64,000 nt of DNA from Blastocystis sp. subtype 4. Taxonomy: Eukaryota. Both the position numbers and the translations under genes were made by a program. This document shows, piece by piece, positions 46,501 to 58,174 of the stretch. The stretch is taken from the NCBI RefSeq assembly GCF_000743755.1, contig NW_014569534.1, forward strand, positions 1 to 64,000. Direction: 5' to 3'. The stretch's first letter is position 1. Each line of letters starts with the position of its first letter. The notes under the pieces were generated by a model. That model was not told where the DNA came from. It saw nothing but the letters and a program-made list of their open reading frames with translations, and ran no database searches.

Positions 46501-49404
46501 CGCAATTCTCTACTCGTTCTTGTTGAGCCGTTTCCTCCATCTTCTTGTCATTCGCTTTCACTTCCCTCTCACGTAGCTCCAACCACTGTTGTATTGGGAT
46601 ATTTCGTTGCTGGTGGAATTGATAAGGCATACGTAAGTTGTCCAGAAGAGGACCACTAGGAACATTTTCAGCCAGCTGCTTAGAGTTACTGTCTATAGGA
46701 ATCCAAGTATTCTCTAAAAGACTCTCATAATCAGTAGCAAAGTACTGACACATGGGTGTATATCGATAGTTCTCGTCTGTATCCAGACCGTACCTAGTAT
46801 TCATTCTTCCTAAAAAGTGGGTACAGAGAGAGACATCCGTCATCATCCACTGCACAGATAATTCCTTCTTTCACCCCAACTCGTGAGTCTAACACAGGTA
46901 CAGGATCATTAAGGAAATAGCGATTACTGTGACCCATCTTATGTTCATTCTTCAATCTATCTCAAAGACCACATTCACAACATACACTCGCAGGAGTCGT
47001 TGCGCCTTAAGATCCCAGAAACAAATCTTTCCTGACCAACAACACGTAATAAGAATCCAGGGACATTCAGGATGAAGATACATGTTAGCTACAGGACCCT
47101 CTAACACAGGCTTATCGGTACGATTATAGACTGTTTCAATACAACCAGTACTCACATTCCACACCTTAATATCCACTTCAAATACTGGAACACCTTTCTC
47201 TACTCGTTTTAGCCAGGATGAGGTAATGATTGATGCATCATCTATCGACCACAGACAGTTGGAGAGTTTCACTTTCGATCTGCACTTCGTAAAGTCTATG
47301 AGTCATTGATTGCATCAAATGAAAACTGATTTCACAGTGAAGTACCACTGGTTGACAATCCTTAAAGGAATTACTGCCACGCCAGATACAAGCATTTCCT
47401 TCTGCTTCTGAAGCAGTCAAAAGATCGTTTCCACTATGAGAAAACATCACCGTATCTACGCCTTTCGTATGGCCTCTCAATACAGTCACAAGCATTCCAT
47501 AACACTCGATTTCCGACCACTACACTTTATATCATTATCTTTTCCTACGCATCGACTTGCTCCATTTCCATTTCGCGTGATTAGAGGAAGTCTCCATATC
47601 CATACACTTCCATCAGCAGTCCCTGTTGCTATGAGTTTGCTACATGGGTCAATATCACAGAAAAGAACTGAATTGTCCCGTTGCATTACCTCCAGCCCTC
47701 GTGATTCAGGAGTGTATCCATTCTTGCCATGATTGAATGACAAAACGCACAAATCAGTATCCGTAAGGGGCTTATTAATGCGATGATAAAGTGGATCCAA
47801 TTGGCATACATTCCACGCACGCACATAACCATCATCAGCAACGGAAAACAACAAATCTGTATTTTCATCGTAACGCAACTGAGCAATGAAACGAGTGTGT
47901 TTGCAACAACACGCCAAAAAGTGAAATGAGGCTACATCGGTGTGACGAAGATAGGGATATGTAAGAGGTGTGATGTCCCAAAACATAACCCATCCATCCT
48001 CACTACTACTCATCAACACACTGTTGTTTTTGTTAATTGCCAGATCTGTAATCTTACTGTGATGACCCCGAATAGTTCGACTATCCATTCATTTTCTCAA
48101 TCGCACATACATCAGATTACCTGTGTGTACATCCCAAATCTTAATCAGATGATCATCAGCTCCTGTGAACACGAAACGTTCTGTATGATCCATTACCAAT
48201 CCATAGATCGGAGTATTGCTATGACCACTTAGTATGCGTAGCAGCTACGATAATATCATCCAACCATACTCACATGCAAACGCTTTACAATACACAAAGG
48301 AGTGAGTAACGATGTATTGTACTCACGACCAAGTCGTCTTTCGTATTTACATGTAATGAAACTGTTTCATCATTGTTGAATGACTCCTACGATACAGGTG
48401 TATACGGGAACGTATAGCGATCCTTTAGGCATGTTTCGATTAATGAAATTCGTGCTGTAATATCTCCCAATGACTTCCTATAACCATCTGAACGTTTTCT
48501 AGTTACATTAGCAAGTCGAGATAGAGTTAATATTGGATTTCGACACTACTACTTAAGTTAAATACCAATCAATACTGCTGTAAGCAATCGTTTGGCATCT
48601 GTAGTTACTTTTACTTCTGTTGCATTCACAGCACATAACTGATCCCCAACTTCAATCATTCCACTGTCTCGAGCAGGGCTTGGACCACTACTGAATGCTT
48701 TGATGTAGACTCCATTCTCATTTGGAGAGAGAATAATACCTAAGCCGCTCCTGAAATTGAAATATTCTAAAAACATGTACCCTTCTGGTATATCAAGAGG
48801 AACATCAAAACGGGTTGTCTCAACAACAGTCTCCTCATCATTTCCATTTTGGATACAATCACGGATTTGATGCTTGGTTTCATTCTCCTTTGAGAGTAAT
48901 TTGCAGTAATCAACAACTAGACATTTACATAACGATATTAAATATACGGCAGTCATACAATGATTTATAGAATGCTTTGAGAGGCAAAGGAAGTGTTGAA
49001 GTCTAAAGAATGAAAAGAATCTTGATAGCCCACATCTACAATCGGTCGGAGAATATCCACATCTTCTTTCGATTCTGCTCCTTCAGTAACGAGATGATTC
49101 ACGCCTTCTTCAACTAATGCAGTGAGTTGGCGAGGAGTAATATCCTGATACAGATTGGAAATATCTTCAAATAGAAGCGGTCGTGTGTTATTGTCCAGAT
49201 CCACCGAATCGCCGAAGAGATGCTGCTTTTCCTGAACACTCAAATATCAAAAAGGAAACCGCATACCATTTCATCTTTCAAAATATTCAATGAAGGAAGT
49301 TTGTCAGCAAACTGCTGGAGATGCTTCAACACAAGGAAGTTGATTTCTTGATGAGTGACCAATAAGAGTGTACACATACTGCAATCCGTAGAAACTTCAT
49401 CCAT
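43591..49404 (-). CDS. BRWD/PHIP-like WD40 + bromodomain protein with inserted PDZ and extended-PHD domains
   Basis: BRWD-type N-terminus, WD40 repeats, QYFATDYESL, FIPQLGDYVVYFPQGH, bromodomain MIPVKMELELVLARLENK..YY...NCKIYND. Confidence 0.85.
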
Positions 49405-49668
49405 CGCAGAATTATTGAATTCAAACGGAAATCCAAAATACTCTTTTTCCCCGTTAGTTCATTTATTGAGGGTCGTCCACTCCATTTCGCTCTCATGTCT
49501 GATACTGTTGGTACACAAAGGCCCACTGAATCCATCCCATTTCCTATGTCTACAAAGGGTTACGACAAGAAGAGAATAAAGAGTACATCCATCTGAGTCT
49601 AAATAGAAACAAATTGTCAGGTCAACTCACTCGATGATGATCCACAAAAACGATTGTTCTTGAGTCAA

Positions 49669-50829
49669 ATGAATACTATTTTCTTTGGAACGTGAGAGAA
49701 AATGAATCGTATTATTATCGTTTAGATATGAGGGACGTTTACTTGGATACACTATTCATAAGGTAGATGACGGCTATTCCATGATATTGGAGTATAAAAA
49801 GGAGTATTATGCAGTTATAAATAGGTATGCTGTCGAAACCCACATTGGATCTGTAAAGTCGGTTGCTTCAACTGTTGTTAAGAATATTCCATATCTCCTA
49901 TCTGGAGGGGTGGATGAAGCTATTCGGTATGCTCAAATTCGTGTTGTTGATGTAGTCTCTTCAACTTGAAAGAAGCTAAGGAGGTAGGCACAATCCTGTT
50001 TCATCAGGGGGATATTACCACGTTACAATTTGCCGGTCCTGAATTCTTGATCAGTGGTGGCGCAGATGGTAAGATTGTAGTATGGAAGACGGAGGATTGG
50101 ACTAAACTCCATATCCTTGGTAGTCACAAGTACTACCTTTGCTATTTTTTTTCATTAGAGCTGCCGTAACGTCGATTTGTGTTCATCCTTCAAACAAAGT
50201 TGCTCTGTCGATTGGAGCTGATAATACTATGCGTATGTGGAATCTCATTAAAGGTCGACTTGGGTATGTTCGAAAGCTCAAAGAACAGGCCTTTAAAATT
50301 CTTTTCAGTCCTGATGGTTCAGAGTACTTTCACGGATTCGTTTTCATTCTAGATACGCAGTCTTGTATTCCAAGATGTGCTGTGTATACAAGATCAGTGA
50401 TGGAGAACAGTTATTCCAGTTATTAAATCCACAGGGATTCAATGACATGGTTATATTTCCTGTAAATCATATCTTTTTTACTGATTGATAGAATGGAGAT
50501 ATCGTTTTAGTGGGGAATGACAAGAAGATTCATGTTTATGACAAAGGTGGAAAGTAGTTGTGCATTGAACATATGAATATAGGGATATTTATACTATTGA
50601 AGCGAACACCCAATTCCGTTTGCGTACCGTCACCATGTTGCTTCGAGAGGGAACGGATACACCCCTAATTGCGACAGGAAGTTCCGATGGATATATTCAA
50701 GTACAAGTAGGGAATAAATTTAAGTTGTAGTTGTGGGATGTATATGATGAGAAGGAAAAGTTGTTGGATGAACTGAAAACGAGTGAGAGATTGACGTGCT
50801 CTACTGCATTGCGAGTAGAGAGTGATTAA
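49669..50829 (+). CDS. PAK1IP1: PAK1IP1/Mak11 WD40 ribosome biogenesis protein
   Basis: GTYEGRLLGY, LLSGGVDEAI, VHPSNKVALSIGADNTMRMWNLIKGR. Confidence 0.85.
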
Positions 50830-50909
50830 GTCGTTTTAGTTCATTGTTTGTTCAAGAATCCATTTGTGTCGTGTATGTTTCTATTCGTAATTTGAATCTA
50901 GATTCTGTC

Positions 50910-53900
50910 ATGTATCACTCTCCATTTGGATACCCTCCTCCTTCAAATCCGGGGATGGTTCCCTCTACATACATGGGGGTGGTATCGAATTACGATCACT
51001 ATAATTCCATACCATTTCCTTTTATAGGATGCTCAATTGATCCAAGCTACGAGATGTTGTGGTGTTCTTCACAAAATGAAGGTATTTTCATCTTAATTTC
51101 ATTGGTAGGGTTTCTTAAGAGGATATTCTCTATCAAATCTTCAGTTGCAGTGTTCTGTCGAAGTTATCCCGAATCGCTGTATTTATAGTATGCAATCGAC
51201 TCCAATGTAATATCACGGAGATTTTATGATTAGTAGAGGTCAAATTACTGTCACAGACAACGGAATGAACATTTACAACCAGGGAGGGCTTTTACGAGGA
51301 AAGTAATTGGATTTCAAATTCTATTAGAGTCAGAATTGGATATGAGATGCCTGACAGCGGTCATTACCGAGCTGGCTTCGCTGATGTGGATGGATCCACT
51401 ACGTTACTTTCTCTAGTTGGAGACTTTGACGGCGTTTATACATTCGATCTAACTTCAGGAAAGAAGAAAAAGCGGATGTTTCAAGATCAAGGTTCTTGTA
51501 TCTATTCAAGTGGAATCGGATCCTTAGTTGGAAGTACGAATTCCAGTTTTTTTATTCCATAGCTACAAGCGGTGATATCGTGTTAATGGATCCCCGAATG
51601 AACAAGAACTTGGATTCAATCAATGCTTTCCTTATCACGACGCAGAAGGTGATCAAACTCGTAATTGTAAGTTTTACGTTGATATTCAGGGAAACTACAT
51701 CATCTCTCTAGGAATTGATTATGTGTCCAAGAAGGCAATGACGATACCAAACACTATTGTGAAGATCTTTGACTCTCGTACTCTTGATATTCTTCCTTAT
51801 TCACACCGGTTTCTCCCGAATATCAGTTCTCTTTCTGTGGTCGATGAACCTAGTTGTAGTTTTGTTGTGAGTGATATTACTGGCGAATGTTCACTCTTCA
51901 GTCTTATGAATGGTCTTGTGGAAACACAACGACTGACTGTATTTCTCTAAATAATTCATAATTGATAGTTGAACAATGTAGATGGAGAGATTATTACAAG
52001 TGTTGCTGTATCCTCTACTCAGGAAGTCATTTGTGGCGTGTCTGTAGTAGGTGGTCTTCATGTATGTGCAAATTGTATCCACTGGCATGTATTTACTCCA
52101 CTCTTAGTTTCATTTCTAGGCGAATCAGCATTCCAATATCTTCCCAACTCCTCAATCACATCCAACATTATCATTATCTCTGGATAACTGTGCAACAGGA
52201 ACTGTGGTTGCTCGAAATCATTCAAATGTGGAAGAGTCAAGTCGAGTATCTTCAACTGAGTCATTCCCCAATTCGCTAATTGATATCCCTCGAACTCCTG
52301 TTGTTCTTGATCCTTCTGTAGGCCCTTAAAATCCCTTCAATCACTAGTTACTTGAGAATTCCACTCGAGGAGATAGTATTCAGCACGTAATCAAGCTTAA
52401 GAAACGAATCCTTCCCAACTCTATTCTCTACGGCCAGCAGAAGAATCTTCTCTGTACTGTAGATCCACGCCAACAACAACGTTTGTGGCAAGGTGAACAA
52501 AAGGAAGAAGAAGCTAAATCGATTGTACCCACGAATTATCGTTTCAAAGAAATGAAGTTGAATCATCTTGGATTCTATGATACTGATTACACTCTGTTTA
52601 ATCAGTATGTTTCCTCTTGACCATATAAATTCTAGAACTCCGTTTGTTGGATTAGAGAATAATATTCCTAATAGTTATCTCAATGCTGAAGTCTTCTTTC
52701 TATGGAGTTTACCTGCTATTCGAACACTTATTCTTGTTCATACGTGTTCAGATCCTTTATGTCTTTCATGTGAACTGAAGTTTCTCTTTCGGATGTTTGA
52801 TCAGGGTCTTGAAAATGGATTGAAGAACAAGCCACAAGGAACAGTAGTTCATGCAACAAACTTTTATCGAATGCTTGCTCATCGTCCTGATTCTATAGCA
52901 TTTGGTATCCTTGATGATCCTGATGGAATTCCTGCTCTGTACGAATAGGAGAGATGTGTTATTGATAGTCGTGCTGAGCGTTTTCTTCGCTTTGCGATCA
53001 ATCGAATTATGACAGAATTGGAACAGGACATTTTGCCTCGAAAGAAGCAGATGATTCAACCAATCAAGAAGTCCTCAACTTATCAACTTCTGTTCAATTT
53101 GTTTGGGATTGCTTCTACTCAGAGTTGTCGTTGTCCTCAAGGTCATATCACTACGAAACAAAACTCTTCCTTTGTGTTGGATCTGAATTGGCCTTCTGAA
53201 GTCACTCCATTCACTGAAGTCATTCAACGATCGCTTTGTGGCGAAACCAAGACAAATAGCTGGTGTGAAGTCTGTCATCATGATGGCGAGAATATAAGTG
53301 ATCGATCTGTTGCCTCTCTCCCTCAATACATTATGATCGTGATTGGTCAGGCGTCAGCCACAACAAGTCAAGTTCAAATTATTGTAGAAAATAAACACTA
53401 GATGTGGAAACAAAAACGGGACTATTTCTTGCCTTCGTTCTCACTACAACTTCAAGATTCTCATGTATCAGTAACAGAAGGAGATCAAGGGATGAAATAT
53501 GATATCATTAGTGTTCTATCTTTAGTCACGGACGATATAACGCCTCGTTCTCCTACTCCTTCCACACCCTCTCCTGTCTCTCCCATGTCCTCTCATCTTC
53601 TTCTTCATACAACACATGTACAAACAGGAGAGACATGGTTCTGCTTCAATGATTACTGTATCACAGAAACCACTCTTGAAGAGACGCTCGCGTTCACTGA
53701 GGACTGGCGTTCACCGATCTGTCTTGTCTATCAGTGCAAAGATTTCCCTGAAGACTCACTCACTCCATTACTCACAGCTCCATCTCGATTACCGCCACCT
53801 CCATTCTATTCATCATCTTCTCTTGGTGCTCCTGACGTTCCTCAGACTTTCCGAATGCTTTCGACCGATGCTCTTCCTGGGCGTGGTGATCTTGTATCAA

Positions 53901-54621
53901 TTGACTGTGAATTCATTGCATTGAACTGTGAACAAGTGGGAATAAGAACTTGTACGATATGTAGGCTGATATTACTCCTGATGGTCATCGTATTGTACGT
54001 AAGGAAGCAGACTTGCGATTGGGTCGTGTGACATGTCTGACTCGGGATCTTCAAGTGTTTGTGGACGATTATATTCTCTGTGAAGATCCCGTGGCAGATT
54101 ATTTGACTCGATTTAGTGGATTGAAACAGGAAGATTTGGAAATCCATCATAGTAAACATTATCTTGTCCCTCTGAAGGAGGCTTATTCGCGTTTACGATC
54201 CTTGGTGGATCGTGGATGCATCTTTGTAGGACATGGATGTATGGATTAATGGATGGCTGAATGGATAGTGGCAAAAGATTTTCATACAATCAATATATAT
54301 GTTCCTCCAGAACAGATTATCGATACAGTTGACATTTACTATTATCCGTATGTTTTTGTTGTTTTTGTTTCATGTAGACGGCACCGAAGATTATCGTTGA
54401 AGTATTTGGCCAAAGTAGTACTGAACACAGATATTCAAGAAGGTAATCACGATAGTAATGAGGATGCAAGGACAGCTCTAGAATTGTATTATAAACATTT
54501 ACAACTCGTTCAAGAAGGAAAGTGGGATGAGATGTTGCTGCATGTCTATGAAATGGGGAAGCAATGCAACTTCTATGGATATTCTGGGCCTTCGTCCCCA
54601 CCACCATCAGTTATCGAGTAA
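50910..54621 (+). CDS. PAN2: PAN2 poly(A) nuclease (WD40 + pseudo-UCH + DEDD exonuclease)
   Basis: GLENNIPNSYLNA, CLSCELKFLF, VSIDCEFI, DYLTRFSGL, FVGHG, HDSNEDARTALELY. Confidence 0.93.
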
Positions 54622-54662
54622 TTTGTTTGTTGATAAGAAATTCTGTTGAATTATCACTTTAA

Positions 54663-55752
54663 ATGAATCTCGAGGAAGTTGCACGCAAGGCAAAGGATAT
54701 TGTACAGAAAGCATCTATTGTTGCCCGGAGGGTTCAAGTACGATATTAATTCTCCTTTCACGTAGAAAGAATGGACGACAATTAACAGAATAGAAAAAGA
54801 TGATCAATCTCCTGTGACTGTAATGGATTATGCCATTCAAGCTGCTATTGCCATATATCTGGAACGGGAGATTTCCGAATTTGCTTTTAAGTATTTATTT
54901 TTAGATTTGCTTAGGTTTAGGATGATTGCTGAAGAAGACTCTAAACTTCTTCGATCCCATAAGGGGATGCAGATAATGGTTCAGAACTATGTTAATGAGA
55001 TATTGGATTCCAAAGAAGACATTGACTTGATTCTAGATACACTTGATAAGTGCAACTATGATGGTGATATCAGAAACAACTATTGGGTAGTAGATCTGGA
55101 TCGTTCTCACTTGTAGGTACTCGATCCGATTGATGGGACAAAAGGTTTCATAAGTCATGCTAAATTTTCAGTTGGCCTTGCACTCATCTCAGACGGTTCA
55201 GTTGTATTGGGTGTTGTTGGTTGTGTGAATCTTCCTTACAGTGCCTCACCTTGCAGTTGTTCTCCTAATGAAGGTGGATGTTTGGCTGTTGCTATTCGAG
55301 GAAAGGGAAGTATTCTGTATGACCTTGATAGCCCTTTAAGTACATCTCTCCTATTGAAAGATCCTTCTTGTATCTATTCTGCAACCATTTCTCGGCAGCC
55401 AATCAATAGTACAAATACGTTTCATCGTCTCTACAAGGATGGCAAGTTCACAAAACCAGTCATTGAAGCTGATAGTATGTGCAAATATGTTATTGTTGCA
55501 CGAGGACTGGCGTACTTTTATTTCAGGGAGAATCGAAACCCCTCCTACAAAGTAGTTGTATGTACCAAATTTCAAATAGGAAAATGTATGGGATCATGCT
55601 GCAGGTAGCATTGTATTAGAGGAAGCTGGTGGTATTGTTACTGATCTTCATGGAAAGAAACTCGATTTCACTCATGGGAGGAAACTCTTGGAGAATGATG
55701 GAATTCTTGCAGCCATTCCCGATCACCATGACCGGATTTTGGGTCTTTTGTA
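54663..55752 (+). CDS. 3'(2'),5'-bisphosphate nucleotidase (SAL1/MET22-type, IMPase family); stop completed by poly(A)
   Basis: KDDQSPVTVMDY, AEEDS, WVLDPIDGTKGF, WDHAAG..EEAGGIVTD. Confidence 0.9.
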
Positions 55753-55756
55753 TCAT

Positions 55757-55764
55757 TGTTTGTT
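55757..55764 (+). terminator. TGTTTGTT polyadenylation-site motif (bisphosphate nucleotidase)
   Basis: Exact motif; base 5 nt upstream completes in-frame TA. Confidence 0.85.
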
Positions 55765-55770
55765 TCCAAT

Positions 55771-56580
55771 ATGATCCTTCCATACCTGAAACAGCTCAAT
55801 TCTAAGTAGTTACACTTGCGTTATGATAAAGAATAGAAATATCATATTGGCCTCTCAGAGTCCACGAAGGTTGCAAATTCTAAAGCAAATCGGATTACAG
55901 TTCAGGGTAGACGTCTCACGATTTGAAGAAAACCTTGATAAACTGTCTATGACTCCTGTATGAATGAGTTATGGTTGGTAAAGTAGGAGGAGTATGTGCA
56001 AGCGAATTCAAGAGAAAAGGCATTTGAAGTGTACAATCGAATTTCCAAGGATCCGACTATGGTGACACCAGATTTGGTGATTGGTGAACACTGTGACAAG
56101 ACTCTAATAGATAGGTTGTGATACAGTTGTAGAACTAAATGGAAGAATCCTAGAAAAGCCTCATTCTGTGGATGAAGCCAAGGCCATGCTTACAGAGCTG
56201 AGTGGTCGTTCTCATAACGTATTTAGTGGAGTTACATTAATTTGTCGACATATGGATGTTACTTAAGGAATAGCCCATCTTCATGGAGAAAAGGAACCTA
56301 CTGTAAAGACATTCGTTGAAAGAACTGAAGTCATCATGGCATCTCTATCTCCAGATCTTATCCAAGGTACAGATTCAATGGAATGTCGATCGATTAGCCT
56401 ACGTTGATACAATGGAACCTATGGATAAAGCAGGAAGCTACGGAATTCAAGGGATTGGAGGATGCTTGATATCAGGCATAAATGGTTGTTATTACAATGT
56501 TGTTGTTAGATCCATTGTTCACTTGTAGGTGATGGGCTTCCCGTTATATCGCTTCTGTAATGAGTTGAAAGAAATGCTAT
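55771..56580 (+). CDS. Maf-family nucleoside-triphosphate pyrophosphatase (genomic TAA at 56594)
   Basis: [47 protein letters not shown]. Confidence 0.9.
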
Positions 56581-56604
56581 TCCGTGTTTCATAAAACAAA
56601 CATT

Positions 56605-58142
56605 TCAATAGTTAAAGTTAGGACCATCCATTGGTACTAGATAGACTTGGGTTCCTTGATATTTCACAGCTACCACCTTCATATATGCAGTTCTCCACAC
56701 ACCTGCCTTCTCATCTGTCATAATCCGTAATGATCGAGCATAGTATACAAATCCACGATTAATATTGTTGTTTCTATGTTTGAATTCATCCTAGATGTAT
56801 ACTCATAAAGAATTTTGAAAGATTCAGGTGAATTCGGAGGGATTTCATTTAGAGAAGAGACAGTCTTAGCTTGATCAATGATACTTCTCCAATTAGCATC
56901 ATATTCATCTTTCATTAACTTATTCATATCTTGTTTTGAGAAATCGACAAATGCATCATTCAGTTTGATTGATCTCAAATACTGACCATAGAATCTAATT
57001 CACATTCACTTCTTATTCTTACTGTGCATTTGATGTTCCTTTCTCTCCAAATGTGTATGTTCGACATACTTCAGGACGAATACAAGACCGATTGTGGCGA
57101 CGATCTGGGTGTCGAAGCCAATCATCCCAATAAGCTGGAGGCCACTTTGATCCCAACTCATTCCAAAGATTCTTTGTTAACATCCATCCCAGTCCTGGGA
57201 AGAAATCACTTCGATAGAGACGAGCTAGGGATTACCATCTCACCTCAATACCACTTTTATCAGAAACATGATCTTCCTGCCCATTATCATTCCAAGCACT
57301 AACACAAAACAGGGTTGGATCCTTCCAAAGTAAAGGAGCAGTATTGTCGAAGTAAGAGAAGAAATCAGGAGCCATCTCCAAATCATCCTACACTGAATTC
57401 AGAACATCATAACTACTTCTAACACTATTACTTGATCATAATGTTTCACATCGAACATTTGTCCTAAAAACCATCCAAAGTGACGTGATAACTTGTGATA
57501 TCCACTCTCTCCAGGATTATTCTCTTGAGTATGATGGATGTGAGAAAACTGGAATTGAGGCAAATCCTTATGAATTCGATCTTCCATCTCCTTAACTACA
57601 TCATCTAAAATAGTGAGGTATCCATCCTGACTCAAAACGATATCGACGATAACATCGTTCAGTGGAGATGACAATGTGTTAATAAGAGATGTCATAGTCC
57701 GTTTAAGGTATTGGGGACGATTATAAGCAACAATCACCAAAGCAGTCCTGCGATTCCCAGGATAATGAAATACCTTTTTCGTTAGAGCTGGTACAGCTGT
57801 AGTTGGTGACAATTTCGTTGTAGGAAGAGGGAGTTCTTGAACCGCTGGTTTCTCCGCATCCAGAATCACAATTGCTGGTTTTGCCCGACCGGGTATCACT
57901 TTCTTGCCTTCCTATTGCTCATACTTTCACTCTTCTCAAACATATACTATTTCCTTTTGAATACTGCTGTCTTCTTTCGTCCAGAGTGACATATTCTATG
58001 TATCAATTCAAATATAAAAGCGAACGGGACGAATCGAGAATACACCGTTGACTTCCACAAACGTGGCAACTTGAAACAAAACGAATGCCACAACAATAAA
58101 AAGTAACAGCAGTACAGATTTAACAGTACCACTCATTTCCAT
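56605..58142 (-). CDS. MGAT1: Alpha-1,3-mannosyl-glycoprotein 2-beta-N-acetylglucosaminyltransferase (GnT-I, GT13)
   Basis: N-terminal TM anchor; AYNRP, SQDG, LEDDLEMAPDF, CVSAWNDNG, SDFFPGLGWM, WDDWLR, RPEVCRT. Confidence 0.92.
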
Positions 58143-58174
58143 AGTAAGAATATGATCAACAAACATATCAAATT

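Noticed and set aside
50910..54621. Fragmented ORFs (PAN2 and others) as pseudogenes, frameshifting or a variant genetic code
   Set aside because: Breaks examined coincide with short GT/GC..AG introns, and long exons translate cleanly in the standard code
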